From assembly GCA_053919585.1 (NCBI GenBank), contig CM132787.1: a stretch of DNA of 64,000 bases; one strand, given 5' to 3'. The DNA comes from Euprymna scolopes (taxonomy: Eukaryota). The notes under the pieces were generated by a model, which did not search any database, had not been told where the DNA came from, and was given only the letters and a program-made list of their open reading frames with translations. Position 1 is the stretch's first letter. Every line of letters begins with the position of its first letter. The position numbers were made by a program, and so were the translations under genes. Below, piece by piece: positions 12,130 to 25,156 of the stretch.

Positions 12130-15100
12130 AAAAAGAAAAAAAAAAAATCTGAACTTGGCAATTCTTACATGTGCATGTCTGTTGGGTTCTGCAGTTGAGC
12201 TCGCCTTTCTCGACTACATTCCCAACCCCTTGGTCAAATGCCATCGTAGACCGAGGGGCCAATCGCAGTTCTTTGATGGATGCCGAGATGCTCTCCAAGT
12301 GTTACCCAAGTCCAGAGACCGCCACGGCCTAGTGGTGGGGGGGCACTATATTGGGAATTAGTGGAGGGGACTGCTTTGGATCTTCTTGAGAGGCTACAGT
12401 TGTCGGAGTAAGAGGTGCACTCTCAATGGAATTGGATGCCGTGGCCAGAGTTACATCAACAATACAGAGTTTTCTGACCTGGCAATTAGTTCAGAATGCA
12501 ATATGCCTTTAGAGCATGCGATTTAGGATTCGAAGAGACAGCAACCCTTTTTTCCATGATGCAAGGAGGTAGAGGAGATAGAAACTGAATCATGCCTTTT
12601 TTCAACTGCTTCAAGCTTTGTAAGTTCTAGGTATATGGTACTGAGGTTACGGCTTGCATTGCCGAGTTGGTGACATGCCTGGACTTAGCTGCCGTCTACA
12701 ACGTGGATTCTTTGTTCATAAAGAACCGAATGGTGTTCCTAGCGATTTTAGCTGTGGCTAGACCCATAATGTATTCTACTTGATTAGAGATAGGGTGTGC
12801 AGGAGAACCACCTAATTTTGTATTTTAAGCACTAACTTAAAAATCAAAATTAAATGTGAGGTTACCTCGTCCAGTTTTTAGTTGTAAGTGGATACACACC
12901 ACTAGTTTATGTGCATTCATGCTGAACAGGATTGAATACCTGTTCCCTGCCTTTTGAAGGCCACTCCAAATCATGGTACCTAAAAGAAATGCAGACAGCA
13001 TGGCAGGTACGACTGATCCAGCCTGCCAGATGCCAATCCTCCTGGTGCTGCTCCCCTGCACTGTAAGTAGATAAGAGTTAGTCACCTTGTGTAGCTATTC
13101 TCCCAACTCCTCCAACGTTGATGGTCCCAATGCATCATCTCTAGCTGGAACAGGTGATCAGGATCGGTGATCTGTACACCAACTGGCCAATGAGCTTCAA
13201 CTGTGATCACGTCTGCCCACAGGAGAAACATGCTACCAGGGACAGAAGTAAGGCCAGCTAGGTCTGTAGAGTTGCAAAAACAGGCAGCCTGACCAGACAT
13301 CACTAAAAACCTTTGCAACCAGGAAGCTACAATCCAGAGGATAAGGGACATGAACAATGGATTTTTTCGTGTTAACAGTAGCGCCAGAAGCAGTGAGAGC
13401 CCCCAGAAAGAAAACGAATTGTTTCACTCCTCCATCAGGATAGAGAACACAAGTTCCTTTTCCTGCTGGGGGATAGAATCTATGGATTTGGATCTGCAGA
13501 ATGCGGCTGCAGACATAACAGCTCGCCAGAGGGCAATAATAAAACCGCTGTAGCTCAGCACTCATGTGCAGGGACAAGACATCGATAATTCAAAAACCTT
13601 TGACGCGCCCTATTAATAACTATCATGCGTAAAAGAAAAGGCCGCACAAATGCCCTTTGGAGAAGGGTAGAGGCTGCCGGGGGGGGGGGGCGATCCCAGG
13701 CCTAAGATTGGTGTAAGAGGGGCACGATTCCATGGCTCAGCTAAAGCCCTGTTGCAGGGGAAGTCTCCCAATATACATCAACCCTTCGTTTTATAGAGCC
13801 CTAAAATTAACATTTCCTCTGGATATCGGAGTTTCATCCAAACTGCTTACCGGCAGTCTTGGAAAATATTGCGGCAGCCTTACCCCCAGGAATTCTAGGT
13901 CAGTGGTTGACACTGATTAGATGTAATGGACACATACTTAAATTTGTCTAGCTTAAATACGACTGGCATGAAGAGCCAGAGCCGGGCTGTTTGTGTGCTG
14001 AGGGACCTGAAACCCACTAGGATTTGATTGACGATCATCGACTGCCATAGAGACATTTCAATGTCTTCAGCATTTGGTAATCAGCAAGCTAGGGAGGGTT
14101 TCTCTTAGTAAGATGCTACCTGCCTGCAACAGTGAATGTTGTGCACACTGCTGATAACAGACTAGTTGTGACCGATGTTGCCATGAATAGGAATTTTCGA
14201 ATTGGTTTATGCGCACATTTTTCGAGAGAGGGTCTTCTTAGCAGTTGGGAGCGTTTCTTGGTGGTTCAGAGCGGTTAATTTTAGAATGTGTTACTTGCTC
14301 CCTAAATAGATAGGGTGGTACCAGGGGATCAGAACGGTGTGAACAGAGTGGGATCTGGTAGACAGATTTAGTGGGAGCTGTGGATGTGTACTTCTGTGGC
14401 TTTCAGTACAAGATCTTACTCGAGCTCATTGCTAGTTAGAAAAGATAAGTTCACATATCCTGTCCAACGTTACACTGGCTAGAGCATTCTGACCATTAGC
14501 TACTTATGGCCAGATTCGAGTTAGATAGGAACTCTGGCCTAACTGGGTACTGGAAGTTAAATACCTCCTTAGTGGAGTTATCAGATTTCTGGAAAAAGCT
14601 AGAACACATAGTAAAGGGTTTAGTGTGGGCAGTTACAAGGAGTAGGTTGTGGGTAAAGACTTTTCTGTCCAATATAGCCAGCACCTCACCTTCAATAAGG
14701 CTAAGATAAAGTTGGCACAAGCAGTGGCACAGGGGGGGGGCAATTTCCTTATGATAGAACAAGCTAAGGGGTGACCTGAAACACGCAACTAACATCTATC
14801 CCCACACTTCTTAGGCCTTGGGCTCAATTTGTAATTTATATTGTGCAAATAATTACTTCAAAGTTTAATATGTTCTCAAAATCTCAGCTACAGCATTATT
14901 TTTATCACTACTTAACGTTTTTTCCAGAATGACGTACCTAGTCGCAGAATATCAGCTACCATTTTTATCATTACTTTGTTTTTGCTAACCATTTATTTTA
15001 TCTTGTCCATATTTAATTCAAAAACGAATTTAGGATTCTTAAAGCGACTCCCCTGAGTGAACGTATTATGGTGATCGAGTATTCTAGTGAGGAAAAATTT

Positions 15101-15687
15101 AGACATTAAGTACAGTAACAAGGATAACCATATACGTTTGTAAAATTTTTAAAATAGATTTTTCAATGTGCAATATCTGTCCTCATTTTTTACTTTACCC
15201 TAGACCTGCTTTCGTCAATTTTCCTCAGGAATATTCCCGTCTCCAAGATTCATTGAGAACCTCTTTTGTATTGCTAGTATCGCCCTAGACCGTTTAGTTC
15301 ACTTTTGTCTGTCTTTCTCTGCATCTTAGTTGATAACTTGACCTTCCCATAAGCCTTGACTGACAAGCACGGGCCTGACCCACTTCCCTTTTGCCTTACA
15401 CTTTCCTCTTCCCACTCATGTTCTATCTACATTCCCATGCTTGTTTTTATGTCACTTTTTGCCTAAAAGTTGGTGTCTACTCTAAAGACAAATCCAAGTT
15501 GTTTGAAACTTGGATTTTTTCAACCAGGCATGGAACAATGCAGGAAAACTATCAGGAAGAACTGAAGAGAGATGGCTCAGCCCAGAGTTGATGCAGAATT
15601 GCGTCTCACTAAAGGATGACTTCCAAAAGAGGAATAAAAAGCACCGATGATGGGGCAGCAACCAAATGGGAGGAGCCTCAAGAGAGG

Positions 15688-15758
<71 letters not shown>

Positions 15759-16000
15759 TTCCACTGAACATGCCTTCTCAAAAGAGAACAGATCAAAATG
15801 ACTTGTATCGCCCAGATATTGACAAAACTCAGGGAAAAGAGCCTTGAATGACTCAGAAAGACTACTCAGATTTTATTCTTTGACCTCAACCATAAAGGAG
15901 AATTGCTTCCTCAAACTGAAGATTCTCAAACATTTCGGCAACCTGCTTTTACCAAAGGAGCTATGCCATGTAAGGCATTCTATTCTCAAAAAAAGTCAAG
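12130..16000 (+). mobile_element. L1/Tx1-clade LINE fragments (5' UTR, endonuclease, 3' UTR), internally deleted
   Basis: 12970-13350 matches 19310-19700. Endonuclease start MDTYLNLSSLNTTGMK at 13926; SDH..ARFELDRNSGLTGYWKLNTSL at 14487-14570. 15050-15860 is a diverged copy of the 3' UTR at 6260-6900. Confidence 0.75.
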
Positions 16001-17780
16001 AACTATCCAAGATATCAGAAGTGGGATGAAAATAATGCCCGAATATCAGGGCAGAATAGGACCAGGGGCCATGTTCACAATGTCCTTATTTAGCTGAAGT
16101 TGAACTACATTGGAACATTAAAGCCAATTTGGGGGCGAGGAAAAGTGAACAAGGCAAGATTCGGGAATTGACTGCAGTAGGAGAGATACAGTTACAAGGA
16201 GACTGACAAAAGACTTCCAAGTAATCGCAGCAGTGGTGACACTCAAAGGTTTGACGATGACAGTTGTGGTAGATAACCTGTCTGTACTGCGGGGTGTTCG
16301 TAAAGCAGGGCCACTTGGTCAACTCCTGTCCCCAAAAAGCAGTTCCAAACTGAGTGGACATAGTCAAAGAGCCCACTGTAATAGCCCTCCCAAATCTTGT
16401 TCCAATAGCAGTCCCAAGATCAACCAAACCCTTAGAAAGAACAGAGAAGTGAAGGACAGTGCTGAGCAGAGAGGAAGAGGAGCGAGGCTGCTTCCACTGC
16501 AGTCACACCAGCCACTCAACTGCAGCAGCATCCATAAGAACCACAATAGCAGCAGCAAACGGACAAGGTCCACAATTATGTCAGCAAGGGATAACAAAAA
16601 AAATTGAAAGATTCTTCTGATGAGGAGGAAGGAGCAAGTACGTAGAAATGGATGCATACAGAAATTTTAGCATACCCATCTTCAAGTTAGATCAAACAGA
16701 CCATAAACTATGGCCTGTTTGAAATTAGATTAACCTAAACCAGCTGGGTACTGGAAGTTGAACATCTCCTTGCTGGAAATACAACCTTTTGCACACACAC
16801 TAAGATCCCACTAAGAAATCACCCTGCTTGTCTTTGGCAAACTCAAATAGTATTATTTAGAAAGCGTTTGGAGGACCTTACTAACCAATCTTTATTATTA
16901 AACATCTCAATAGAATGTAATTTCTGTAAATTTTAAGGTTTCAATAAAAGTTGAAATTTTGGGTTTATCTCAAGTAGAAGATAAACCATGAGTGAATATG
17001 GTATTGTGGTGAATAAGATTATTCACCTTAAGAGTGGAATAGACAATTTAAAGTATTTAAGGCTAAGGATGCCCAGCAGCACCTATTATGCCACTTGTTT
17101 GGTCTCTTACTAAATGGTCTGGCCCACTTTTACCAGTCTCTTAATATCACCCTTGCAGGAGATCTGATCCTATAACTCAGCATTCCCATAAATCTTGAGT
17201 GACAAGGAGGCAGACCCATTGCCAAATGCCCCCCCCCCTACTCAAGTTCTATCCACGACACTTTTTGGCTGGAAAGTGGTCTACTCTAAAAGCAAATCCA
17301 TGCAGGTGTAAAACCATAATTTTTGCGACACCAACTTTTCAACCAGCAATGAAGGAAAACTACCAGGAACAACAGGGTTGATTGCATAAGTTGCAGCTCC
17401 TCTAAAGGACGACTCCATCAAAAATGGAACTGATTATGGGGCGTAACCCAAGAAGAGGACAGTTTCAAAGAGGCTTCTCCCCTAAAATAGCCCCCAACAG
17501 ATGGAGCAAAACTTCAAAATGACGGGTGTACTGTCCAGATATTGACAAAATTCAGGGTGAGGAGCCTTATAAGGACTCTTATGAAGTTATTTCACTAAAG
17601 GACAGCTCTCCAAAGGAGGGAGCTAGAACAGTCAATGGGGCATACTCCCTGGATTTCAACATCACAAGGAACCTCAAAAGGACTCTTTCGAAGATGCTAC
17701 TGTTAAGACGGCTACTCATCGATTGGATCCGAATTCCAAAACGACGGGTCTTACTGCATAGAAGATTCAGCTATTTTTGC
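16000..17780 (+). mobile_element. Internally deleted L1/Tx1-type element
   Basis: Decayed ORF1 zinc knuckle (C...KQGHLVNSCP at about 16288-16333), AGYWKLNISLL at about 16743-16775, then 3' UTR. Confidence 0.7.
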
Positions 17781-17924
17781 TAGGCAGACAAATTGAATTC
17801 ATGTATTAATTTTATTTCACAAAGGTAATTTTAAAATATTTACAAAAATATCTTTCCAAACAAGTACTATTTGTACCTGCCAAAGGCATTTTGGGCTGCT
17901 AATCACATCTGTGCATTCAATATA

Positions 17925-18113
17925 CAGTAGAACCCCGGAATATGGCATTCAAAGTTTGTAACAAGATACAGTACAGTATAAAAGACACATGTATATAATT
18001 GAATAACAAAAAAAATAAAGTGGGTCAAATACCATAACCAGGGGCCAGATAAAGACTGCATTTCACGTCATAACCTTAAAAATCTTAGGGCCACCATATC
18101 TCGGGTTCGACTA
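17925..18113. mobile_element. pogo/Tigger-like MITE inserted in an H1 TATA box
   Basis: Imperfect TIRs CAGTAGAACCCCGGAATATGG / CCATATCTCGGGTTCGACTA, flanked by TA. The empty paralogous site is TCAATATATAAAAAGCG at 9293-9309. Confidence 0.8.
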
Positions 18114-18199
18114 TATAAACAGCGAATGTTCGAAGCATATGCTCAAATGACAACGAATCTTCGCCTAGGTAGGATCTGTGTAAAATCCTCGTCAAAATC

Positions 18200-18360
18200 A
18201 TGTTGAAAGCAAACCCTGATGAGATCGCTACTCGAACCGTTAGAGGTTCGATTGAGATACAAGGCCAAATCTCTTCGAAAGAAACATCCAAGTTACAAAT
18301 GATAATAGAATCTATATATAGAGACTCAATGATAAAGTTTGTTCAATAGAACAATTTTAA
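18200..18360 (+). pseudogene. Histone H1-like pseudogene 3 (3'-truncated, frameshifted)
   Basis: ATG at 18200; YKAKSLRKKHPSYK / MIIESI / RLNDK across frames. Paralogue of pseudogene 1. Confidence 0.75.
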
Positions 18361-18384
18361 AGGAATTGCTTTAATATCTTTCCC

Positions 18385-18455
18385 AAACATACACAAGGAT
18401 TTATTTTTAACCACCATTGATGTCTATAACTACGTCCACACATACCATATATAAA
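18385..18455 (+). promoter_or_regulatory. H1-family promoter relic
   Basis: AAACATACAC 18385-18394, GTCTATAACTACGTCCAC 18422-18439 (16/18 to the intact promoter) and TATATAAA 18448-18455. Confidence 0.75.
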
Positions 18456-18525
18456 CAGCGATTGTTTGAAGCGCGAGTTCAAATGAGTCTTAACCTAGAT
18501 AGAATCTGTGTAGAAATACTCCGAC

Positions 18526-19026
18526 ATGTTCAAAGCGAATACAAATAAGACTGCCACTCTAACCGCATGTGCTAAAATCAAGAAAAATAACAAAAAACAT
18601 CCGCGTTACAAACAAATAATTGAATCTATAATTAGATTAAATGATAAAGAACGTTGCTCAACAGAAGTCATCCTTTTAAGCATCAGCAGTGGCAACAGAT
18701 AATGACCCATTAAAACAGCAGTAGCAACAATAGTGACCCAGCACAAGGTGTTCCTATCGAAATGTTACAATTCAAGTTTAGGTCACTGAAAGCTGGTGTC
18801 GCCAGAAAGATTTTCCAGGAAGTTACACAAATAAGGAACTCAATGTCAACTAAATGCTCTACTGCTTCAAAATTTTTAATAATCCATGTGTCACAAATGG
18901 TTTTAACAGTTGACAGTGATACCCGTCGCTAATGTACTCAGATCTGCTCGGCAGAAAGCTACCAACATGAAAAATTAGTGATATTCTCCAGTTTTGACCT
19001 AAATTTAAACAGCCCTTTTCAGGGTC
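18526..19026 (+). pseudogene. Histone H1-like pseudogene 4 (58-aa open frame, then disrupted)
   Basis: 18526-18702 reads MFKANTNKTATLTACAKIKKNNKKHPRYKQIIESIIRLNDKERCSTEVILLSISSGNR*. Downstream: YRNVTIQV / SLKAGVARKIFQEV and the 3' stem-loop. Confidence 0.85.
19011..19026 (+). terminator. Histone mRNA 3' stem-loop (near canonical)
   Basis: AAAC-AGCCCT-TTTC-AGGGTC-A versus metazoan consensus GGYYYT-TTTY-ARRRCC; about 30 nt after the ancestral stop. Confidence 0.75.
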
Positions 19027-19119
19027 AATATTGATAATCGAATTTCATTCGTTATAATGCAAAAAGTAATTGGATTAAATTGTTAAAATTGAGGATCATT
19101 TTTGCAATCAGAAATTACA

Positions 19120-21600
19120 AGCTTGCTAGATCGGTTCAAAGGCCAGGCCTCATGGCCCTTTCTTTTTAGTCAGTACGGTAGCAGGTACTACACGCAGCAG
19201 TACCTCCAGTGCAGTCGGTTTGATTAGGGAGGCGCTACACTCGTAAAAGTTCAGTCCAGCTCATAGAGGGTGGATCTGGTTGCCCTTTCAGGTTAGAGTC
19301 GGGGTATCACTAATCATGGTACACAAACGAAAGGCAGACAGCATAGCAGGTATGACTTGTCCAGCCTGCCCAACACCAACCTGTCTGGTGCTGCTCCCGA
19401 CACCATAAATAGATGGGAGCTAGTCAACTTGTGTGGCTATTCTCCCAACTCACTTGACGCTGTTGGGCTCAACATGCCATCTCTACCTGGGACAGGTTAA
19501 TCTGCACACTGGCTGGCCGAGAGGCTTCAACTGTTAGCTCGCCTGCCCATTGGAGAAACATGCTCCAAAAGGACAGGAGTAAGGCCAGCCAGATTTATGG
19601 AGTTACCAAAACAGGCTGCTACCGATCCTGACCAGACAGCACTAGAAATCCTGTGACTAGGAAGCTACCTTTGAAAGAATAATGGACCTGGACGACAGAT
19701 TCTTCCCATGTATACAAAGTATGAGCTGTAGCAGCAGCATAAATGGTGGAAGCCCCATAAAGACACCACTGTCACGAAAGTCCAGGTCCCCCACCAAAAA
19801 GTAAGGAGTTTCAAAGTTCAAGCACGACCTAATACACTACAAACAGCACTGGATTCAGGAACCATCCTATCTGGACAAAAGATGCTTGCAATGGCAGTAG
19901 TTACTGGTGCTACACCTAATGCAAGCCTAAGGAAGCAGATATCCCAAGGGCAGCATGGCGGCCCCAGTCCCAACTAGAGCCAAAAGAATATCTCCAGCTC
20001 TTCGACTTTCTATAAAAATCTTAGAGGGGAACATTTAACCACCTCCCCCAGCCGTAGAAGAGCTGGCAAAGCGAATTGTCACTCATTACTACAGATACGA
20101 AAATGGGGGGGGGGAATCGACTGGAGTCTCAAAAGAAAATGGTGGACAGCCTGTGAGAACTTCAAATCTTGGCACAATAAATCTACTGCAGGAGCTATGC
20201 AATGTGGGATGTTTTCCTCCCAAACACTAAAGCCAATAGATTATCCAGGTCCGACCTGAGGTTGGAAAAAACATACATCTCCAGCTGAAACACCTGAGCA
20301 AGAAATGCACTACAGTGACGATCCTTGGCACCCACTTGTATATCTACACTAAACAAATAGGCACAGTTTTTAGTCAGCATGCGGATATGGAGGTAGTCAT
20401 CTTGGTCAGTGGCCCCTGTAACCTCATAGAGACCTACTAGCTATAAATGAGATTGGATTGGGATATCCTTAATAAAATGCCGCCGTTGTTCAGGTGTGAC
20501 ACCTGGACAATGAAGCCTCATTGCTGGTATTGTCAGCAGCAGGGGCATATGTCTAAAGATTGCCTCAGGAAAAAAAACCCACCTAGAGCCCCTGCTGCTC
20601 TAGCCCCAAGCAGGAAGAGAACATGTGCAGCTCTCCCAAAACAACCAGAGGGGGAAACATCAACTAACAAAGACGGCTGAAGCAAAATGGTAAAGGCAGG
20701 TAAAAAACAGTACCTGCAGCTCCAGCCAAGTCACCCACCAAGAAGATGCAAGCCCTGTGGCTTCCCAGAGGAACTAAAACGCCCACTGAGGAGCTGCAGC
20801 CAGTTATTTTAAAATTAAAATTGTCGATCCCCTCGGCATCAGAAGGGAAGCCAATGACAATGAAGAATACTGAAAAAGCCAGAAAAGTTATCAAAGAGGC
20901 TGGGCCCCATTCTCTTCCTCACCACAAGAAAGGAGTTAAGCACCCCTACTAAAACCACCGAACCCCCCAAGACCCCACTCCTATCATCGAGTGGAATATC
21001 TCTTAACTCCTCACTCAGGTCCTAAAGAACTTTGCTGACACTCCTAGTAAGAACTTTTGTGAACAGAAATAGGGCTGCACGAAGGCCCATTAAAGGATAG
21101 AGACTGCTAGGGGAGGCGATCCCAAGACAGATTGGTGGAAGAGGAGCATAACTCCCTGGTTCAGCAAGATCCCCGTTGCAAGGGAAGAATCCCAATTTAT
21201 ATCAACCCTTCGTTTTATAGGGCCCTAAAAAAAAAAAAAAAGAAAAAAAGTTTACTTCGGATGTCAGAGACGAAGGAGTTTCATCTGAACTGTTTACTGG
21301 CAGTCTCGGATAATCCTGTGTCATCCTGACTCCTGGGGATTTCAGGTCGGTGGTTGAAACTGATTAGGGTAATGGCCACATACTTTAATTTGGGTAATTT
21401 AAATACACGAGACATGAAGTGCTGAAGCAAAGCTGCTCATGTGCCAAGGAACCTCATGACATTGGACAGGGATGTGGCTATGTTACAGGAAACCTACTTT
21501 TGCCCTAGTCGGCCCATTCCCTCTTAGGAAGTGTCTTTTCGGCAATGGCCAGAAAACCGCGAGCACTTTAACAACTAGAGTAGGTTGGGAGGGCTTTCAG
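19120..21600 (+). mobile_element. L1/Tx1-clade LINE 5' part (5' UTR, ORF1 with CCHC zinc knuckle, start of ORF2)
   Basis: CWYCQQQGHMSKDC in ORF 20447-20680. ORF2 start MATYFNLGNLNTRDMK..LQETY at about 21372-21500. 21070-21480 matches 13640-14020. Confidence 0.8.
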
Positions 21601-22352
21601 TAACTTAACAGTTAGCATTTTGTTTAGTTCATTTTTTTTGTCTTTATTTTGGGGTGTTTAAGGTTTAGTGATATCCCATCCATCATTTTTTCCTTTTTGT
21701 TTTCATGTTTTTTTAAAAAATTTATGTTTGTGCATACATCTTTTAATTTGTCAATAACAATTGTATAGTTTTTAAATATTTGTAAATAAAATTGAAAAAC
21801 ATCCGTGTTGGAACATTTGAATAGTTGATGCCCACAGAGCGAATGAGGTATCATGCCGAGTGATAAACTAGCTTAGGGAAAAAGACAAAGTGGAAGACTC
21901 CCGACCCCCATTCCCCCTCCATTCTCTAAGCTTCATGCCACATTGTTTTAAGGACCCCCCCCCCATTCTTTATAAATTTTTTAATAAAGTGTTATATGAA
22001 AAAACGAAACATTTTGAAACGGGGGGGGGGGCTTAGTAACGAAAAAAGAAAATGGTTTAATATGAATATCTATTAAAAAAAAAAAAAAATCTATGCCCTC
22101 AGTTGGAATAGAAACCAAATCATTCACGGTTCAAAATTTTCATAATTTAACGTTTTTAGCTTCGCCTGATCTATCGCATAAAAAAAAAAAAATAAAATAA
22201 AAAAAAAAAGTGTATACATGCAAAAACGTTGGACGATTTATCATACCAGTTTTGTTTTCAATCGTGACCACTAATTAATATTTGCCAGCTAAAAACCAAA
22301 TCGTAACTGTGCTAAAATTCCAAGCACTCCATACAGGAGAGAACGATAAAAT

Positions 22353-23200
22353 TATCGCCCCAGAAAAGACGTCATGATTCCATTTCCGTTTGATGAAAAC
22401 CGGCTTTCTTTTTTGTTAAAGATCATGTACTAATTGGCCAGTTTTATTGCGTTGATATTGATATCAAACCCTGCCTTTTCTATTTAAAACCAACTTATCA
22501 GTTATATGCGAGCTACGATTTTTTTTTTTTTGCAAGGGAGCCATTATTTATGACGGTCCCAAGGCCACACGATGTTAAGGTGTTAATAAATGTAAGGTCG
22601 TAATGTAATTATCGTTAATGTAGTTTGGGTAAAATCTGGGTTGTTTAAGAACTTGTTTACATTGAACTTGGCAGCTACTATATTGTAATAAACCGGAAGC
22701 AGGCCAATGAAATTAGTGTTCTACAGACGGGCAGTTCTAGGAAAATTTTCATGGAATCTGCCTGGTTTCTTTGGACTTGTGGGCCAGCGCCGAGTCTTGC
22801 TGTCATACCACAAGTCTGCCAACGGCCACTTAATTGCACCATGGGGGTCACACTATTCAGTACATTTTGGTGTTGACTTTCAAGCCGACTTCGAAGATGT
22901 GAAGTGGCAGGGTGTTGCCCTCATTTGAAGCCACATTAAAGACCATAACCGTGTCCGGAAACTCCGTTGAGCAAGCGTTGAACCATCCGAATTTGCATTT
23001 TGAGGGTGCTGGCAATGGTCCTGTTGTCATAACTTGGATCGGTAGAGAGCATGAATTGTACAGTGGCTCATCTCCGATTTCGCCCCCTATCACTCTTGGG
23101 ATTTGTACATATCTAGCCAACTAGTAGATGGTTTGCAACAAAAATGAAAACCGGTTTTCATTGAACGGAAATGGAATCATAAGTCTTTTCTAGGACGACA
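22353..23200. mobile_element. Inverted-repeat-bounded element containing a Tc1/mariner (maT/DD37D-like) transposase fragment on the minus strand
   Basis: About 55-bp imperfect IRs at 22353-22412 and 23141-23200. Minus-strand peptide FPDTVMVFNVASNEGNTLPLHIFEVGLKVNTKMY..PWCN..QQDSALAHKSK at about 22740-22970. Confidence 0.7.
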
Positions 23201-23986
23201 GCTTAGCAACCGAATCCCCACAAAGAAAGTCTATTAGCTAACACTGATCAGACAAACCACGGCGAAATCAGACTATTGAAGGTTAAACAACTGGTATGGT
23301 AATCAATCTCTTGAGAACCCAAGCCAAGGTCTCCCTTGTATGAATTTTATACTCTCTAGAACGATATTATTCAACAAGCATATCTTTTAGAAAGTTAATA
23401 CTTATTTCCACAGTAAAAGAAACGCAGCCCATAAGGCATTAACAATCATTTCACCGCGGTTTGCTTAACCAGGGTTAGTTAATAGATTTTCCTCTGCGTG
23501 GCATTGTTGCGCATCTGGCAGTGTGCTTGCCTCACATGGAAAATAGTTTCAAGTCTCGAGTTTGGATGTGTTCAACTATTTAACCCAAAACAGGGCAAAA
23601 ATAAAGTTTGGAATTCCGGCTTTAATTTTATTATAAATATAAACTGAAAGCATGATGTATTCAATATTCTAGCTACAAATGAAAGGAGAATAATCTTTTC
23701 TACCACTAGATTTATTCGTAAAAAAAAAAAAAGTTCTATTACAATACTAGCGTACCTCTTTGTTCGTGATTATATACTAAGAATTACAAAGTTTTTTAGA
23801 ATATAAAAATGAAAATTTTTCTATTTAAAATAAAAGAAACTCTTTGCATAACGGTTTTCTCTATTCTTGAAAGAGTGCAAGAGTGACTTATGTATTTTAG
23901 CGTTTTTTTTTCAAATGGCCGATATTTTCCAGATGAGTGTGGCCCAGTTTTATTAAAGTAACGTCTTAATCATTATGTTTTACTTG

Positions 23987-24032
<46 letters not shown>

Positions 24033-24495
24033 ATAATGCGTTTTAAATTTCGTTTTAGACATCAAATATTAGCTGGATAAAAGCAACACGCAGCCATTCC
24101 ATCTGGTCGAACAAGTAAAAACAATTAAAGAATCCGACCGATAAGATCTAAAAATATCAGAAAGCACGCAATCTGCTAGAAAAGCACGACTATTTCTTGG
24201 CCTATTTCGTATTTAGGCTTGCCAAGTTATTAACTTTGTATATTACGCCACAGTATATTGTAAATGGGGTTTATTGGATTAATAGACTATATTAAAAATA
24301 TTAATCGTTTACTTTAAGCATATTTTTTACATTGGCTTACATGCTAATTTTTTAATGTTTCACAACTATATGACCAACGGAAGCATTCGCCAAAGTAATA
24401 TAGGTTGTAGCAATGAAATCCGAAAGAGGGCTTGGATATTCCAGTACAATCTATAAAATTAAACACTGTTAATTATACGCTATCTCACATTTATA

Positions 24496-24690
24496 CAGGG
24501 TGTTCCAAAAGTCTTGGGCACATTCCAAGTCCGCATATCTGCTTAATTGTGAATAGTAAGATGAAAGCGGTGCCATTTTAAAGCTAAATGCATTAAGTTT
24601 TTTGTAAGGCTATACCAAAATATACCAGATGTGTTTTAGTTTTAGAGATATTCAATGTCAAAATGTGCCCAAGACTATTGGAACACCCTG
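24496..24690. mobile_element. Tc1/mariner-type MITE
   Basis: 29-bp TIRs CAGGGTGTTCCAAAAGTCTTGGGCACATT / AATGTGCCCAAGACTATTGGAACACCCTG, with TA on both sides. Confidence 0.9.
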
Positions 24691-25156
24691 TATATTGATG
24701 AGAATTTCTATAGTGTAGTTAAAAATGCAGATAAAACAGTGTCATGTATGTTGCTAGATGTATTTTTAAGTGGTTAATATTAAAGTATTAATTTAAGATA
24801 ACCTATTAGTAATATTGATCAGTAAATAAGTTCATGTTACTAATCTGTTAAAATATACAGAAAACACATTACAAAAACTGTTTCTTATTATTGTTGACAT
24901 GAAATGCATAAACATGGTTCAAATATCTTTTAATAAGTAATACTAAAAGTTTTTATTATATTCGATTACATAATTTTATGACGGTTCTCCCTGGATTTAT
25001 GGTGAGTGTTAATAGATTTAACATGAAGTTTTCTAAAATACTGATATTACAATTACCGCCAAAATATCAGGAATAAAAATAATGAAGGAGTTATTTTATA
25101 TATTTACAGCTTGTTTTCTAATTTCAATATGAAAAGCAGTCGTCAAGCAGAATTCT

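Larger units (their letters stand above)
16453..19120 (+). repeat. Segmental duplication copy 2 (paralogue 5580-10450)
   Basis: Colinear with copy 1; lacks the 7.1-9.1 kb insert and the U2-headed element, and has its own MITE. Confidence 0.85.

Noticed and set aside
15482-15847. Poly-Lys/poly-Phe ORFs (also near 7082, 12053, 26314, 36484, 39725)
   Set aside because: Translations of poly(A)/poly(T) runs; no promoter or homology to support protamine-like genes.
18216-18240. CTGATGA hammerhead-like core (also 16618, 32681, 33435, 55881)
   Set aside because: No correctly placed GAAA and stems; most lie within H1 pseudogene, LINE or Helitron-like sequence.
19197-19209. GCAGTACCTCCAG matching U2 stem-loop IV near a Tx1 5' end
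   Set aside because: Only 13 nt with no flanking stem; compatible with chance.
23495-23570. tRNA-Val-like or SINE-head-like sequence
   Set aside because: No intact cloverleaf or convincing B box.
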